DNA of 64,000 nucleotides. Source: a virus. The stretch covers positions 1 to 64,000 of IMG/VR virus record IMGVR_UViG_3300033821_000019; one strand, 5' to 3'. Of this stretch, positions 26,647 through 36,479 are shown one piece after another; position 1 is the stretch's first letter; each line of letters starts with the position of its first letter. The notes under the pieces were generated by a model, which saw only the letters and a list, made by a program, of their open reading frames with translations, made no database searches and had not been told where the DNA came from. The translations under genes and the position numbers were made by a program.

Positions 26647-27399
26647 TCACTCTTTCAGATTCATTATTTTTCCATCTTTTATATAGCCCTTTTCCAAATC
26701 CGGCAGTAAATAGTGTTTTCTTAGTGTAGCTGGCCCATGTCCTACTTTTTCTGCCACATTTTTGATAATCTCATTAAACTTCTTTTGCCGGTCTTTTTCT
26801 TCCTTGATACTGTTTTGGCGCTTCAAGCATTCTATTACCATGCGGTTTGCTGAGTAACCGCGCATATCTTTGGCAGTCACTTCAAACTCATCAAGGTAAC
26901 GATTGATTTTGTCGGCTTTGATTTTGAATCCGTCTTTCGTCACCATCACGAAAGAATCAGGCTTATCTGCTCTCTTTAACAGTCCTGACAATATTTTGGC
27001 TATGGTTTCATTAGTGAATTCTTTTTCATGCTCTACAGACGACTTGCCTACATAATTCAGCATTACTTTGGAACCTTCGACTTTAATATGTTTCTTCTTC
27101 AAACCAGTGATGCCAACATGGTCTTCTTCTGCTGATGCATCATTGCCCACACGCTCCGCTGTCTTATCCATCATGGCCACAACCAATGCAGTTAATTGTG
27201 TCTTTTCATCTTCGTTTTTTAAATCACGTGTCACTTTGTTTCTCAGACCTTGTATATTCTGAGAAATCGTATGCACCGCGTCTATCTTTTTCTTGGCACG
27301 CTCTTTCTCTGCGTCTGTTAAATCTTTAGCTTTGCCAAATTCACCGCGCAGTAATTTGGCGACATGCAAAAGTTCTCTAGCTATGTGTATTTTATTCAT
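26647..27399 (-). CDS. DNA topoisomerase IB carrying the N-terminal tag
   Basis: Catalytic pentad motifs ERVGN, YVGKS, KDMR, VGH...LRKHYL; N-terminus MNKIHIARELLHVAKLL. Confidence 0.88.
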   Translation of the reverse strand: MNKIHIARELLHVAKLLRGEFGKAKDLTDAEKERAKKKIDAVHTISQNIQGLRNKVTRDLKNEDEKTQLTALVVAMMDKTAERVGNDASAEEDHVGITGLKKKHIKVEGSKVMLNYVGKSSVEHEKEFTNETIAKILSGLLKRADKPDSFVMVTKDGFKIKADKINRYLDEFEVTAKDMRGYSANRMVIECLKRQNSIKEEKDRQKKFNEIIKNVAEKVGHGPATLRKHYLLPDLEKGYIKDGKIMNLKE

Positions 27400-27402
27400 T
27401 GT

Positions 27403-30400
27403 TTAGTACATCCTACCATGTGGAGAGTTTCTTCCACCAAAACTCTTGCCACCAATCAAAGGACGCTGCAAATTAATGCCATGTTTCAATATTTTGTTCG
27501 CAGCAAAACTGTTTAATGAACTAGTTCCTACAGCTTGTTGACCCGATACTATAACTGCGCCGTTTTTGCCCACAAGAGAAGTAATATTAGCCGGTCTTTG
27601 TTTGTAGTTGGTATAACATTCCCAAATAGCTCTGGCGATAGCGTCTGAAATGTCATCATGCGAGCCAGCCTTTTTAGGCGCTCGTACAATAATTCTGTTT
27701 TTAGCTTTTCTCTCGGCTTCCAAACTCAACAATTCTGGAATCGCTATGGGATGGTCTATCAGTTCTACCATACCTGCCGCATATAAGTCTTTGAATATCA
27801 TGTAGATTTCGCTATTCAAAGTTTCAGTCACGTTCTCCATATGAAACTGTTTTAGATTCATTTCATACAATTTTTCCATCAAACTATAGCCATTGAATTG
27901 GTCAAACCATCCTGATTTGATAGGGAACCACTTTACCAATTCTTGAATTTCTTTGGCCATGTCAGAGACTTGTATCAATTCCTGTTTGGCAAATTTATTG
28001 CAACTGGAATATATGCTTTGGTCACGCTCCCAAACATCGGAAGAACCTGAGTAAAATACATCAGCATAATCAACAATGATTTTATTAGTCGCATCTTCTT
28101 TATGAACAATACCTATGGCTGCTCCGTCATTCTTAATGCCCAAGTCAATTCCCATGAAGTAAGTAGTGCCCACCTGACCACGACTAGACATTGTTCTGTT
28201 AACGTTGATGCACTTCTTAAATTCATTTTCGTCCTCAATCCATGCGGTGATTGAATCGCTGAACTCACCACCATATTCGCACATGAAACCAACTCTATTC
28301 CTGCGTCGTTCTGTCTTGAGTACAACAGGGTCTACTTGCGGGTTTACCATAGCTGAATACATTTTGAACATCAACGTAGTATCGTTTTCATCAAAACTTT
28401 CCAAATAACGGTCATAGAACTTGCCGTATTTGGCATAAGGCGAACTGATACAAATAATCTTACCTTCACCTCTAAAAGTAGTTGTTGAAGGTGTCAAGGC
28501 TTTATAGACTTCATCACCTGAAAATCTACCACCATTGTCAATGAAGAATGCCATTTCGTCCATGATAACCGTAAGAGCATTTCTACCACGCAAAGAGTTA
28601 GATGAACAACCACCAGCCAAACAAGTTAATGAAGCTACCTTTCTTCCAGCAACCTTCATATCTGTATCAGTCTGAAGATTGAAATATGACTGTGTTCTGT
28701 TGACAGTTCTATCACGCAAATATGGGCAATTCATAGATAACTTCATAGTTTGGTCAAATACCACGCCTGCCTGTTCGTCTGTTGGAGCCACATTCATAAT
28801 GACAATGGATTGCTGTGGAGGGAAATTATAATAAGAAGAAGGGTCACCACGTTTAATCAGCTTATACAATTCATAAGCTGATATGCAAGAAGACATTGTG
28901 CTATTATGAGAAATAATATCACCACCTATAATGTGTGTGTCATCAACACATAAATCTATAGTTTGCAATTCGCCAACCTGTTTTATTGATTTAACAGCAT
29001 CCCACAGTACGTCAGAACAACACATATCTATTATGAATTTATCATTCAATTTCTCTCCATACGCTATTGCTTTATATCTTGTGGGGGCATATTGAGGACG
29101 AATTCTGCATTTATCTTCTGGTCCAATAATGTCTCTATGTGATAGACTGGCTTCATCGCGTAACCGTTCTATTCTGTTAACTACTCCTTTTGGCAATGTA
29201 TAACAAAGATTTGTAGTATTCTTTGCATTGCTTCTTAGATTAACAACTTGTTTAACTTTTTCTTCCTTCAAAAAGATATTTATTTCTGTTTGAAAATTTC
29301 TTAAAGACGACATCTCATATATGCTTAATGTATTCGCATGAAATCTTTTTCCATTGCAAAGAGCCATCTTTTCAGTCAATGATGTTAAAATTCCAAATTT
29401 AAGAAGAAGATGCTTTAATCCTTGGACAAGATTATCAGAAGCGGAACAATATCCGATTTCATGTCCAGTAGCCCAACCATCACAAGAATATATTCTTGAA
29501 ATGAATGCTGAAATTTCTTCTTTTGGTGCTTGTAAAATACATTCTGGTACAAATTTATGTTTTGACTTATACCCAAATACTCCTATTTCTTGCAACCATA
29601 ATTTGACTTGATTTATATGTCTCTTCTTTTTCCCATCTTTATGAGTAATACTATATCCGTAATTTTTCTTGCCTCTTTTCTTAATTAAGTAACCGGGGAA
29701 TTCAATATCAAGTATTGACTGAATTTCTTCTACTTTTTTAATATCTTTTGTAGTGAACCCGACATCACATGTTATGCCTCCATCACCTAACAAATAACCC
29801 AATAACTTTGCTCTATTAATTCCAATCGTCTTTTGTCCGAACATAGCATTCGATTTAGCGACAGCTATTCTGTCACTAATTTTTAGCTCGCTCAAATCAA
29901 TAAATTTTGGTTGTTCCCAATCATCCCTCCAAACTAAATAAGGATGATTGCCAGATGATATTTCTTCAATGCCTGTTTGTGTCTTCAATTTATAGCAAGG
30001 TTTAACTCCATTATCCCAAATCTTAAAATCATAAGTAATGCTCTTCACTAAATTATCTGGTTTGTATGTAGTGATTCCAACTTTTTCTTTATTATTTTTT
30101 CTTTTTAGCAGTTCTCCAAAAGTAATAGAACCAACAGTAGTCGGTATTAAATCATTAACATATCTACATTTTCCTGCTCTTCTTCCAAGTACCAATACCA
30201 ATTCACGAAATTGCATACCTTCTATTGTATCGGTATTACATCTTTTTTCATGGTATAGCCACTTCAAAAAGGCTTTCTCGGTGAAGCGATAAAGAATTTT
30301 GTCATTGACCAAATCAGGAACTTCGATAGTTTCTTCTGTGTCGTCTAATTTCAATCCATAATAGCATTTTAAGATGAAACGCTGTGCTGGAAACAGCTTG

Positions 30401-30510
30401 ATGCCTAATCCCCAAGGAGCTTCGATAAAAGTGATAGCATCAACAATATCAGTATTGTTGCCGGTCAAAAAGGATTCGGCAAGCTTCTTCATAAAGTCGT
30501 CGTTTGCCAT
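27403..30510 (-). CDS. terL: Terminase large subunit with intein
   Basis: Walker A GRRAGK|S, Walker B VIMDEMAF, ISSP, nuclease GIDLG and HDDISDA; likely start MANDDF (GGAGAGG RBS). Confidence 0.92.
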   Translation of the reverse strand: MANDDFMKKLAESFLTGNNTDIVDAITFIEAPWGLGIKLFPAQRFILKCYYGLKLDDTEETIEVPDLVNDKILYRFTEKAFLKWLYHEKRCNTDTIEGMQFRELVLVLGRRAGKCRYVNDLIPTTVGSITFGELLKRKNNKEKVGITTYKPDNLVKSITYDFKIWDNGVKPCYKLKTQTGIEEISSGNHPYLVWRDDWEQPKFIDLSELKISDRIAVAKSNAMFGQKTIGINRAKLLGYLLGDGGITCDVGFTTKDIKKVEEIQSILDIEFPGYLIKKRGKKNYGYSITHKDGKKKRHINQVKLWLQEIGVFGYKSKHKFVPECILQAPKEEISAFISRIYSCDGWATGHEIGYCSASDNLVQGLKHLLLKFGILTSLTEKMALCNGKRFHANTLSIYEMSSLRNFQTEINIFLKEEKVKQVVNLRSNAKNTTNLCYTLPKGVVNRIERLRDEASLSHRDIIGPEDKCRIRPQYAPTRYKAIAYGEKLNDKFIIDMCCSDVLWDAVKSIKQVGELQTIDLCVDDTHIIGGDIISHNSTMSSCISAYELYKLIKRGDPSSYYNFPPQQSIVIMNVAPTDEQAGVVFDQTMKLSMNCPYLRDRTVNRTQSYFNLQTDTDMKVAGRKVASLTCLAGGCSSNSLRGRNALTVIMDEMAFFIDNGGRFSGDEVYKALTPSTTTFRGEGKIICISSPYAKYGKFYDRYLESFDENDTTLMFKMYSAMVNPQVDPVVLKTERRRNRVGFMCEYGGEFSDSITAWIEDENEFKKCINVNRTMSSRGQVGTTYFMGIDLGIKNDGAAIGIVHKEDATNKIIVDYADVFYSGSSDVWERDQSIYSSCNKFAKQELIQVSDMAKEIQELVKWFPIKSGWFDQFNGYSLMEKLYEMNLKQFHMENVTETLNSEIYMIFKDLYAAGMVELIDHPIAIPELLSLEAERKAKNRIIVRAPKKAGSHDDISDAIARAIWECYTNYKQRPANITSLVGKNGAVIVSGQQAVGTSSLNSFAANKILKHGINLQRPLIGGKSFGGRNSPHGRMY
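28903..30168 (-). mobile_element. Intein (422 aa) with LAGLIDADG endonuclease in the TerL Walker A motif
   Basis: Starts CRYVNDLI; SGNHPY; LLGYLLGDG and ISRIYSCDG; ends TIDLCVDDTHIIGGDIISHN|S. Confidence 0.92.
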
Positions 30511-30591
30511 TATCCTCTCCCTGAAACAAATTTGCAGAAGGCACCTTTTAACAGAAAGCACCTTCTGCAAATCACCTCCTAAAAACGGTGC

Positions 30592-31101
30592 TTACTTAAT
30601 CCAAACGTTGCCATAACTCTTCAATGCTTTATCCTTGCTCAAGAACTTACCACAACCATCTGATAGACCGCCCAAAAATGCCTTGATATAACCAACTTGT
30701 TCTGCCTTCAAAAACGTTCCAGCATCAGGAATCGGCAACATTGCATCCAATGCTACTGAAATCGCCAAAATAGCCTCTTTAACTTCATCCTTCACGTTTT
30801 TGAACAATGAAGCGTCAATCATTTGTTGCACTTCTGCTGACGAAGGCAACGTATCTCCGCTTAAATAAGGGAGTAGAACATCGCCAATGTTCTGTTTCAA
30901 TGCAGCAGCACACTCACCAGCCGAAGCCGCATCCTTCTTTGCCCACTGTTGTAGACCATAAAAAGCGCCATTGCTACCAGCCAACTTCAATCCGGCAGTA
31001 ATAATAGCAGGGTCAATCTTTGGAGCATCACAACCCGGAATTACAACCAAAGCACCACCAACTGCTGCTGCACCTAAGAACATTCTGCGGTCCATATTCA
31101 T
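30592..31101 (-). CDS. Twin-arginine (Tat) lipoprotein
   Basis: MDRRMFLGAAAVGGALVVIPG-C: RRxFL motif, hydrophobic stretch, lipobox-like Cys. Confidence 0.7.
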   Translation of the reverse strand: MNMDRRMFLGAAAVGGALVVIPGCDAPKIDPAIITAGLKLAGSNGAFYGLQQWAKKDAASAGECAAALKQNIGDVLLPYLSGDTLPSSAEVQQMIDASLFKNVKDEVKEAILAISVALDAMLPIPDAGTFLKAEQVGYIKAFLGGLSDGCGKFLSKDKALKSYGNVWIK

Positions 31102-31136
31102 TTCCTCCTAATTTTGTCTGCGTGTTAGCAGAACGG

Positions 31137-31721
31137 TTATTTTTGCAACCCACTAAGAGCGGTAATTTCTTCTCTTAGTTCTTTTTTCCAATTGTCCATA
31201 CTGGCACCCAAGTTCCTGAAAAATACGTCCGATACTTCGTCTTGATAGTTCAAGTTCTTAAAGGTCTTCCTTACCTTGCCCATAAAATATTGAAACACTA
31301 TTCTCATGGACGGGGAATCTAAATCTATGCCATGTTCTTTCTCAAACAACTGCTTCGCCTGTGCTGCTTTGATAACCTGTGCAAGAACTGCCGCCCGTTT
31401 TTCCGAAATAATCGTTGCATCTCTCAAACTGCCATTTTGCGTAGCGATTAGTTCATTGCCCAATAAATTATCTGTCTCTTTAATCACTTCATCTATTAAA
31501 GCAGTTACAAGGCTTTCAATATTGTCTTTTCCTTCTAACTTCAATCTTTCAGAAAGACTAGAAACGCCATTGTGGTATTTCTTTACTAATTGGTCACGAT
31601 GTTCCACCACATCATGAGGGACGTGATTTAATTTGTCAGGCGGTAATACTTCCACTGCCTGTGTTGTTTGCAATGGAAACGTTATATCTGCTTTATCAAA
31701 CTCGTTTTTTTCTTCATTCAT
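31137..31721 (-). CDS. Possible terminase small subunit
   Basis: Helical 194-aa protein two genes upstream of terL; positional inference only. Confidence 0.35.
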   Translation of the reverse strand: MNEEKNEFDKADITFPLQTTQAVEVLPPDKLNHVPHDVVEHRDQLVKKYHNGVSSLSERLKLEGKDNIESLVTALIDEVIKETDNLLGNELIATQNGSLRDATIISEKRAAVLAQVIKAAQAKQLFEKEHGIDLDSPSMRIVFQYFMGKVRKTFKNLNYQDEVSDVFFRNLGASMDNWKKELREEITALSGLQK

Positions 31722-31733
31722 ATTGTCTTCCTA

Positions 31734-33143
31734 TTAGAAGTCGAAACTACCCTTGTTGTCTACATCCAATTTTTTAGCTTCCTTCTTCTGCTTTGCTATT
31801 TGAATTATATCCGTATCCTTGAACTCCTCTTCCATAAATGTAGAAGGGTCAATGTCAATTTCACACATTGGCGTAGACAATTCTATCTCATTATCAACCG
31901 GACTTTCACAAATATCAAGTGGTGCCATAGCCGAATCGTCATTGATATCTACCTCTGTAAATAAGTCGGGATTGACAGCATTGACATCAAGTTGTTCTAC
32001 AGTGGAATCTTCATTAACATTTATGTCTGAGAACAATGAAGGATTTACCGGGTTCACGTCAAGTTCTGGCTCTACAGTGTTGTCAATTACATTTACATCA
32101 GAGAACAACGAAGGATTTGTCGGGTCTACATCCAGTTCTGCGTTTGCTTTTTTGTCTACTTTCACTGGAACTTCCGGCAATGATACTTCTTTGATATCGG
32201 GGTCTACTACCATCTTGCCTACTTCAAGAGTTGACATCTTTGGTGTTTCTGAAATCTTCAACTCTGCTTTCTTAACGGCCTTTAAAACTTGAACTACGAG
32301 TTTAGAAGCCTTGACAACATGCTCTTTGCTATCTACTCTTTCCGCATACTTTTTATCTTCGGCGTGTTTCCTCTTTTCAATGAGCTTGAATGCACACTTG
32401 AGTTGCTGATAAGGCTTCAAGGAAGACTTGCGTATAGCTTCAACATCGTCTTCTGTGATATTGCCAACAGTGGCCAAATCAATCAAGGTGTCATTTTTCC
32501 AATGTTCATCTACATCCTGATAACCAGCCATAATAGGCATCATCAATTCTTTGCAATATGCCACTGTGCCGGGTTCTTTATCTTCTTCGGCATTCAAGAA
32601 AGAATCAACGGCATTCTTAGAAGAATTGACTATTTTGGAGGACAGGATTTCTTTTGAACCCATTGGTAAATTCACAACGTCTTTCTTATAGCCAAGTACA
32701 TATTTCACAAATCTCTTGTATGGAGATTGCGAAACATCAACCAAAGCAGCTTGTATGTCTTTATATCCAGTCACGTCCACAGCTATACATCCCAAAATAC
32801 CTTCACTAGCCAAGACAGGCTTGAGATGGGGGATAGCCAAATCTACATCTTTCTTGGCATAGCTGTCATACAATTGTTTCATGACGCCAGCGGCCATTTG
32901 ACCCTGATTCAGATAATTTCTCGCCTTTTGTACAATGACAGACGTATTGTTTCTGTCAACGGGAGTAGGAACTATCTGTTCTTGTTTTTCGGCATATTTG
33001 GGGTCAATGTCTTGAGTGCCCCATTGCACTTCAAGGTCATCTTTTTTGTTATTGTCCTTGTCTTTTGGCTCAAAACCTTCTTCATTTAACAACCATTGGA
33101 AGTCGTTAAGCGAGCCTTCCTTCAGCATAGACTTTAAGTTCAT
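31734..33143 (-). CDS. Hypothetical protein with acidic C-terminal repeats
   Basis: Repeats of LDV(D/N)xxNP(S/D)LF(S/T)(D/E)(V/I)(N/D) near the C-terminus. Confidence 0.7.
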   Translation of the reverse strand: MNLKSMLKEGSLNDFQWLLNEEGFEPKDKDNNKKDDLEVQWGTQDIDPKYAEKQEQIVPTPVDRNNTSVIVQKARNYLNQGQMAAGVMKQLYDSYAKKDVDLAIPHLKPVLASEGILGCIAVDVTGYKDIQAALVDVSQSPYKRFVKYVLGYKKDVVNLPMGSKEILSSKIVNSSKNAVDSFLNAEEDKEPGTVAYCKELMMPIMAGYQDVDEHWKNDTLIDLATVGNITEDDVEAIRKSSLKPYQQLKCAFKLIEKRKHAEDKKYAERVDSKEHVVKASKLVVQVLKAVKKAELKISETPKMSTLEVGKMVVDPDIKEVSLPEVPVKVDKKANAELDVDPTNPSLFSDVNVIDNTVEPELDVNPVNPSLFSDINVNEDSTVEQLDVNAVNPDLFTEVDINDDSAMAPLDICESPVDNEIELSTPMCEIDIDPSTFMEEEFKDTDIIQIAKQKKEAKKLDVDNKGSFDF

Positions 33144-33183
33144 CTTCTCGTCTCCTATTACTTTTGGCTATTGCCTATACCGT

Positions 33184-33441
33184 TTATTCTTCAGTTTCTT
33201 CCAATTCATCGGCAGACAAAATATCAGTGTCAAAAACTGGCGTTATGGATTTTTTATCTTTAGAGAGCTTCCACAAAGCATTAGTGGATTTGTGGATAAG
33301 CAAATTCTCTCCCGCCATGATGAATAACTCACGTGCCTTCTTTGTGTTTGGAAGGCTTGCTATTTTCTTCTTCTTGTTGACAATGGTTTCGTCAATACCA
33401 AGCGAGCTATGCCACTCAAAACTCTCTAAGAAGTCTTTCAT
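33184..33441 (-). CDS. Hypothetical protein
   Basis: 85 aa with GGGAG RBS; first gene after the motif at 33498. Confidence 0.65.
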   Translation of the reverse strand: MKDFLESFEWHSSLGIDETIVNKKKKIASLPNTKKARELFIMAGENLLIHKSTNALWKLSKDKKSITPVFDTDILSADELEETEE

Positions 33442-33497
33442 AGGTGAACACTCCCCGCCCGAAGCTGTAAATAGACTAACCCCTACCCACTATTAAA

Positions 33498-33511
33498 TAT
33501 CAAAAAAATAT
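33498..33511 (-). promoter_or_regulatory. Putative late promoter motif (ATATTTTTTTGATA) heading the packaging operon
   Basis: Intergenic consensus copy. Confidence 0.6.
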
Positions 33512-33520
33512 GACGACTGC

Positions 33521-34069
33521 CTACTTTTTGTAGAAACGCCTTACGATATTGAGGTTGTCATGGATAAATGAGAAGATTTCATATACATCCCAATGCTTGT
33601 TCTTTTCCAACTGTTTAATAGCCTTTTCGTATTTATACCTTATTTTGATTTGTTGCTGCCGCAATATTTTCGATGTACAAGTCAAAGAAGTGGTGTAAAA
33701 CATAAGAGTCAAAATCTCAAGTATTTCAGGGTCATACATAGCACCTTTGATGTCTAAAAAGTTTAAATAGATATCCCTGATTTGATGCAAATAATGAATG
33801 AATTGAAGTCGCTTCCTGATTCGGCGGATGTCATAACACAAGGAAGGCTGGCTACGGTTCAGAATCTTTTGAACATGATTCTGTTTGAGCCGACTTATAA
33901 ACATCAAAAAAAGGATGTCGCGGTCTTTGTTGTTCAAAAACTTGAAGATGTGACCAAACTCTTTAGCCTGTTCTGCGCTAAAGGACGGCAAAGAAGACTT
34001 ACCTCTTTCCAAGCCGCTTTCGTTTGCGTCTAATCTTTCTAGGTTTTGTCCTACATACTTTATACGCAT
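33521..34069 (-). CDS. Sigma70 region-4-like HTH protein
   Basis: LNNKDRDILFLMFISRLKQNHVQKILNRSQPSLCYDIRRIRKRL plus a second similar repeat. Confidence 0.55.
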   Translation of the reverse strand: MRIKYVGQNLERLDANESGLERGKSSLPSFSAEQAKEFGHIFKFLNNKDRDILFLMFISRLKQNHVQKILNRSQPSLCYDIRRIRKRLQFIHYLHQIRDIYLNFLDIKGAMYDPEILEILTLMFYTTSLTCTSKILRQQQIKIRYKYEKAIKQLEKNKHWDVYEIFSFIHDNLNIVRRFYKK

Positions 34070-34667
34070 TCCGTTTTCTCCGGCGTTTCGATACAGATAA
34101 TGGTTCAGATAGTTTCTTTAACAACCGCTTGTGATTTCTGAGAACATATGATATGTTGTTCTCTAACACAAGGTTACTACGGAACATAGTTTTAGTAAAC
34201 GACTTTGTATACAGTTTGAACATGACCTTGCATTTGTTGTTAGCCAATCGCTTGATTATAACGCCTTTCAGGTTCTTTAGGTAGCCTTCTTTTACAGTCA
34301 CAATATCACCTTCTTGCAATTGTTCCACGCTACTGAACTTAACTTGCATTGAGTTTTTGAATTTGTGTACTTCTTCGTCGGTCAAAAATGATGGATTCTC
34401 ATATGAATCCAACACTCCAAAAACCATATCATTGTCACGCAACTTGTCAATGTAGGTAAAATAGTTCCTCACCTTGACAAACAAATAGTTTTCCAACTGC
34501 ATCTCGTAATTTTCTTCGGAAAGTTTGTCGGCAATAATCACGACATCACAAAGGTCTTTACCAAATATATTGGTTAATTCGCTCTTGATAGCATCAACAG
34601 ATTTGTTACCCTTGAGATATTGGATATCTATACTGATACAAACCCATCTTGGCTCATTGTTGTTCAT
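33999..34667 (-). CDS. nusG: NusG/RfaH-family transcription elongation factor
   Basis: NGN-like ENYLFVKV...VFGVL...LTDEEV; KOW EGDIVTVKEGYLKNLKGVI. Confidence 0.75.
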   Translation of the reverse strand: MNNNEPRWVCISIDIQYLKGNKSVDAIKSELTNIFGKDLCDVVIIADKLSEENYEMQLENYLFVKVRNYFTYIDKLRDNDMVFGVLDSYENPSFLTDEEVHKFKNSMQVKFSSVEQLQEGDIVTVKEGYLKNLKGVIIKRLANNKCKVMFKLYTKSFTKTMFRSNLVLENNISYVLRNHKRLLKKLSEPLSVSKRRRKRNAYKVCRTKPRKIRRKRKRLGKR

Positions 34668-34669
34668 GG

Positions 34670-35119
34670 TTACCACCATTTAAACATAAACAGGTTCTTG
34701 AGTGTATCACATAACTCACCAGACACTTGTTTAAGACGCTCTTTACGTGAACTTTGCTTGGCTTCTTTTTGCAGTATCCAAATTAAAACTGCCAATTTTG
34801 GGTATTCCTGACCACAATGCGCCGGATTTTTGACTATCTCTTCGAAGTCATTCTTCACCGACTCCTCAGTATGTTTACACTTAAAACAGGTACATTGTTG
34901 CGCTGTTTCTGGCTCATTACAGATAAAAATGGAGTTTTTGACCTTGGCCAAAACATCTGTATTCTGGCAAAACCCTACATCACTATTGCCTTTGACTCTA
35001 TGACGCTTGTTCCAAACACAATTCAAATGGCACACAGATAGATACTTAGCCTGCCGTTCTCTCAGGTGTTTGTGATAAATCTCTTTGCTTTTGAAAGCAA
35101 CTTCTTCTTCACTTCTCAT
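34670..35119 (-). CDS. Cys-rich hypothetical protein
   Basis: 149 aa with multiple Cys; overlaps its neighbours. Confidence 0.6.
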   Translation of the reverse strand: MRSEEEVAFKSKEIYHKHLRERQAKYLSVCHLNCVWNKRHRVKGNSDVGFCQNTDVLAKVKNSIFICNEPETAQQCTCFKCKHTEESVKNDFEEIVKNPAHCGQEYPKLAVLIWILQKEAKQSSRKERLKQVSGELCDTLKNLFMFKWW

Positions 35120-35753
35120 TCTTTTTAGCCTTTTCCGCCCGCTCTAAATATTCGTCTAACTGTCTCTTGGTATTAAAAAAACTCAGAGCCTTGGATAAGT
35201 CAATTCTATGGGCCTTACACTCTGGAAGGGTAGGCCACTTGCCTAATATACGTTTTAACACCCTGTATTTGTCTATATTCTCGCCTAGTGAAAACTGTTT
35301 GGCCATAAAAATCAGACGGCTGAATGATTGGAATTGCCTTAAAACGACATAGAAAGGCGGAATCACATCAGGACGTTTTTTTCTAGCAGTATAATAAGCT
35401 CTTACGGTCCACAGATTAAATTGGGTAACAAGCTTTGCCAAGTATTCATCAAACTCTTGGTTACTTACGGCAATAGGTGGACCTTTAGCTTTCTCTGGTC
35501 TAGGTATTTCTTTGTAGGCTTCGTTTACTGCAATACTCCATTTCCCAAATATCTTTGTGTAGTCATAGAGAAGAGGGTCTTGAGGAGAACGGCACTTTCG
35601 TAAATGATTCCTTGTGGTGATTCTATTGTCACGCAAATAGGACAATAGTTCATCACGGGAAAAGGTTGGCCTTCTCGCGTAAGGGCGCGTCGTTTCAGAC
35701 AAGCTATATCTTGAACGATTTTCAAGACTAGCATCGCTGAATTTCTGCCACAA
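35109..35753 (-). CDS. Protein with homing-endonuclease-associated-like repeats
   Basis: FSRDELLSYLR...P..YTKIFGKWSIAVNEA and further similar units. Confidence 0.5.
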   Translation of the reverse strand: MWQKFSDASLENRSRYSLSETTRPYARRPTFSRDELLSYLRDNRITTRNHLRKCRSPQDPLLYDYTKIFGKWSIAVNEAYKEIPRPEKAKGPPIAVSNQEFDEYLAKLVTQFNLWTVRAYYTARKKRPDVIPPFYVVLRQFQSFSRLIFMAKQFSLGENIDKYRVLKRILGKWPTLPECKAHRIDLSKALSFFNTKRQLDEYLERAEKAKKNEK

Positions 35754-35785
35754 GGACTTTTCTATAGCCTACTCCTATTCAGCAA

Positions 35786-36418
35786 TTAAGCTGTCTTAGG
35801 CGCGGGTGTAGCAGCAGTAGCAGCGGCAATAGTAGCAGCAGCAGTAGTAGCCTGTTTAGGAGCCTTGGATTTGGTTGAAGGGGTTGCGTTTGCTGTGGAT
35901 GCTGGAGTTGTTTGAACTTTGGTTTTGGCTGCTTGGGCTTGTTTAATTGGGCCTAGTATATCTTGGCCTGTTTTTTTGGCCTGTTCCGCTGCTTCAAATA
36001 CATCCCGTGCGTCATCATTCTCTAACCAATTTGGAACACCATTCGTTACTGCAAATTCTTCCGCAAACATCTCGTAATCTGGTTTGCGCTTCTTTGCGTA
36101 GTTGTTGCTTTCCGGGTCAAACCCACCACTTGGGATAGAGCACATTTGATGGAAAACGGACAAGTGCTTTTGTTTAGGACTAAAATTTTTCCACGTCTGT
36201 TCAAACACCTCTACAAAATAGACCTTATCAATAAGGATGTCATAAGGGTACTTCACCGGAATCAAACGAGTACCACGCTTTGATTTCTTGCCTTTGGTCA
36301 TCACTGGTTGCACGGCATTGACATCAAAGCCTTCAAAAACTTTAGGCAAGGCTTCAATTATCTTCTCCATGATTTCTGAAACTTCATTGTTGACTTCATA
36401 ATCCGTAAACTTAGCCAT
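35786..36418 (-). CDS. Phage metallopeptidase-like protein, degenerate active site
   Basis: W..FSPKQKHLSVFHQMCSI...KPDYEMF; HExxH is replaced by HQMCS; Ala/Thr-rich tail. Confidence 0.5.
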   Translation of the reverse strand: MAKFTDYEVNNEVSEIMEKIIEALPKVFEGFDVNAVQPVMTKGKKSKRGTRLIPVKYPYDILIDKVYFVEVFEQTWKNFSPKQKHLSVFHQMCSIPSGGFDPESNNYAKKRKPDYEMFAEEFAVTNGVPNWLENDDARDVFEAAEQAKKTGQDILGPIKQAQAAKTKVQTTPASTANATPSTKSKAPKQATTAAATIAAATAATPAPKTA

Positions 36419-36479
36419 TTTACTCTCCTATGATTGGAAAATTGTTTAACCCGCTTCTTTAAGTATTATACAACTAGCA

